Shown piece after piece: positions 61,545 through 64,000 of a DNA stretch of 64,000 nt. The notes beneath the pieces were generated by a model. That model searched no databases and was not told where the DNA came from. It saw nothing but the letters and a program-made list of their open reading frames with translations. How positions within the stretch are numbered: position 1 is the first letter of the stretch; each line of letters opens with the position of its first letter. This stretch comes from the human T2T-CHM13v2.0 reference genome, Homo sapiens, in assembly GCF_009914755.1 (NCBI RefSeq), contig NC_060934.1; one strand, 5' to 3'. The translations under genes were made by a program, and so were the position numbers.

Positions 61545-62004
61545 TGTTTTTTTGTTTTTGTTTTTGTTTTTTTTTTTTTTTTAACATATCATCCCTTTCA
61601 GCTTTATTTTTTTTTGTATTTTTTTATTATACTTTAAGTTTTAGGGTACATGTGCACATTGTGCAGGTTAGTTACATATGTATACATGTGCCATGCTGGT
61701 GCGCTGCACCCACTAACTCGTCATCTAACATTAGGTATATCTCCCAATGCTATCCCTCCCCCCTACCCCCACCCCACAACGGTCCCCAGAGTGTGATATT
61801 CCCCTTCCTGTGTCCATGTGATCTCATTGTTCAATTCCCACCTATGAGTGAGAATATACACTGTTTGGTTTTTTGTTCTTGCGATAGTTTACTGAGAATG
61901 ATGATTTCCAATTTCATCCATGTCCCTACAAAGGACATGAACTCATCATTTTTTATGGCTGCATAGTATTCCATGGTGTATATGTGCCACATTTTCTTAA
62001 TCCA
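61545..62004 (-). mobile_element. 5'-truncated young L1 (L1PA2/PA3-like) with 15-bp TSD and short 3' transduction
   Basis: L1 3' end at 61621-62004; TSD GGAAGCAGCGTTTTT at 61530-61544 and 62005-62019; two poly(A) tracts. Confidence 0.95.
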
Positions 62005-64000
62005 GGAAGCAGCGTTTTTAAAGTATCTGCAAAGGGATATTTCAGAGAGCACTGAGGCTGATGTAGAAAAAGGAAACATCTTCAGTTAAAAACTAGAAAG
62101 AAGCTTTCTGAGAAACTGCTCTGTGATGTGTGCATTCATTTCACAAGGGTAAAGCTTTCTTTGGATTCAGCAGGTTGGAAAATCTGTTTTTCACCATTCT
62201 GTGAATGGACGTTTGGGAGCTCATTGAGGCCAGTGGCAATAAAGGAGATATCTCAGGGTGAAAAATAAAAGACAGGAATGTGAGAATTGGCTTTGTGATG
62301 TGAGCATTCATTTCACAAAGTTAAACCTTTCTTTTCATTCAGCAGTTAGAAATCACTGGTTTTGTAGAATCTGCAAAGGCTTATTTCCGAGAGTATTGGG
62401 GCCTATGGTGAAATAGGAAACAACTTCAGATAAAAACGAGAAAGAAGCTTTCTGAGAAACTGCTTTGTGATGTAGGTATTCATCTCACAGACTTAAAGCT
62501 TCCTTTGGATTCAGTAGTTTGGAAGCAGAGTTTTTGTCCATTCTGTTAATGGACATTTCAGAGCTCTTTGTGGACAATGGTGAAAAAGAGAATATCCCTG
62601 AATGAAAACTAGAAGAAGTCCATCTGAGAAACAGCTGTGTCATGTGGACATTCATTTCAGAGAGTTAAACCATTGTTTTCATTCAGCTGTTTAGAAGCAG
62701 TGTTTTGGTGGAATCTGCAAAGGCTTATTTTGGAGAGCATTGAGGCCTGTGGTGAAAAGGAAAAAAAACTTCTGTTAAAAACTAGAAAGAACCTGTCTGG
62801 GAATGTCTTGTGATGTGTCCATCCATCTCACAGAGTTAAACTTTTCCTTTTTTCAGCAGTTTGGAAAATCTCTTTCTGTCTATTCTGCAAATGGATGTCT
62901 GGGAGCTCATTGAGGCCAGTGGCAAAAAAGGGGATATCCAAGGATTTCAGCATGAAGGCAGCTATCTGAGAAACCACTTTGTGATGTAAGCATGCATTTC
63001 ACAGAGTTTAACCTTTCTTTTCATTCAGCAGTTAGAAATCACTGTTTTTTTTTTTAATCTGCAAAGGCTTATTTCAGAGAGTATTGAAGCCTATGGTGAA
63101 ATAGGAAACATCTTCAGATAAAAATGAGAAAGAAGCTTTCTGAGAAACTGCTTAGTGATGTGTGTATTCAACTAAGAGACTTCAAGCATTCTTTGGATTC
63201 AGTAGTTTGGAAGCACAGTTTTTATCCATTCTGTGAATGGACATTTTGCAGCTCTTTGGGGCCAATGTTGAAAAAGCGATTATCCCTGAATAAAAACTAG
63301 AAGGAACCAATCTGAGAAACCAGTTTATGATGTGAACATTCATTTTGCAAAGTTAAACCATTCTTTCCATTCAACTGTTTGGAAGCAGTATTTTTACACA
63401 ATCTGCAAAGTGATATATCAGAGAGCATTGTGGCCTGTGGTGAAAAAGGAAACATCTTCAGTTAAAAACTACAAAGAAGTTTTCTGAGAAACTGCTTTGT
63501 GATGTGTGCATTCATCTCACAGACTTCAAACTTTTTTGGGATTCAGTAGTTTGGAAACAGAGTTTTTATCCGTTCTGCAAATGGACATTTCAGAGCTCTT
63601 TGGGGCCAATGGCCAAAAAGCAAATATCCCTGAATAAAAACTAGGAGGAATCTATTTGAGACACTGCTTTGTGATGTTAGCCTTCATTTCACAGAACTAA
63701 ACCATTCTTTTCATTCTGCTGTTTCTAAGCAGTATTTTTACAGAATCTGCAAAGGGATATTTTGGAGATCATTTAGGCCTATGGTGAAAAAGGAACATCT
63801 TCAGTTTAAAACTAGAAAGAAGCTTTCTGAGAAACTGCTTTGTGATGTGTGCATTCATCTCACAGAGTTAAAGCTTCCTTTGGATTCAGTAGTTTGGAAA
63901 ATCTGTTTTTGTCCATTCTGCGAATGGACATTTGGGAGCTCTTTGAGGCCAGTTCCAAAAAAGGGTATATCTCAGGATTAAAACTAGAAGACAGGTATGT
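62005..64000 (+). repeat. Alpha satellite, consensus orientation
   Basis: Continues the same array in phase after the L1 TSD. Confidence 0.97.

Noticed and set aside
61481-61966. 161-aa Phe-rich ORF (also 38732-39175)
   Set aside because: Antisense read-through of L1 3'UTR, poly(T) and satellite.

Overview
Primate (human/ape-type) pericentromeric heterochromatin with no cellular protein-coding gene. About 46 kb is old, diverged, CENP-B-box-negative alpha satellite built from an alternating two-monomer (~343 bp) unit. It lies in three orientation domains: + (1-3914), - (6781-40918) and + (40917-64000). It is interrupted by three 5'-truncated L1PA elements and by a two-LTR HERV-K(HML-3)/MER9 provirus (20134-33266, minus strand) that carries a nested two-LTR HERV-T (S71/LTR6) provirus (24920-31553) inside its dUTPase region. 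The most notable observations are: (i) a twin-primed L1 without a TSD sitting exactly where the satellite flips orientation, a candidate retrotransposition-bridged ~34-kb inversion; (ii) relic higher-order (4/6/12-mer and 11-mer) periodicities in a supposedly non-HOR ancient satellite layer; (iii) all three L1s use the same T-tract of the monomer in the same relative orientation; (iv) a 20-bp L1 3' transduction; (v) the ERV-in-ERV nest with ordered LTR divergences. I found no evidence of a new coding system, and the ORFs in the satellite are translation artefacts. All coordinates and counts were read by eye.
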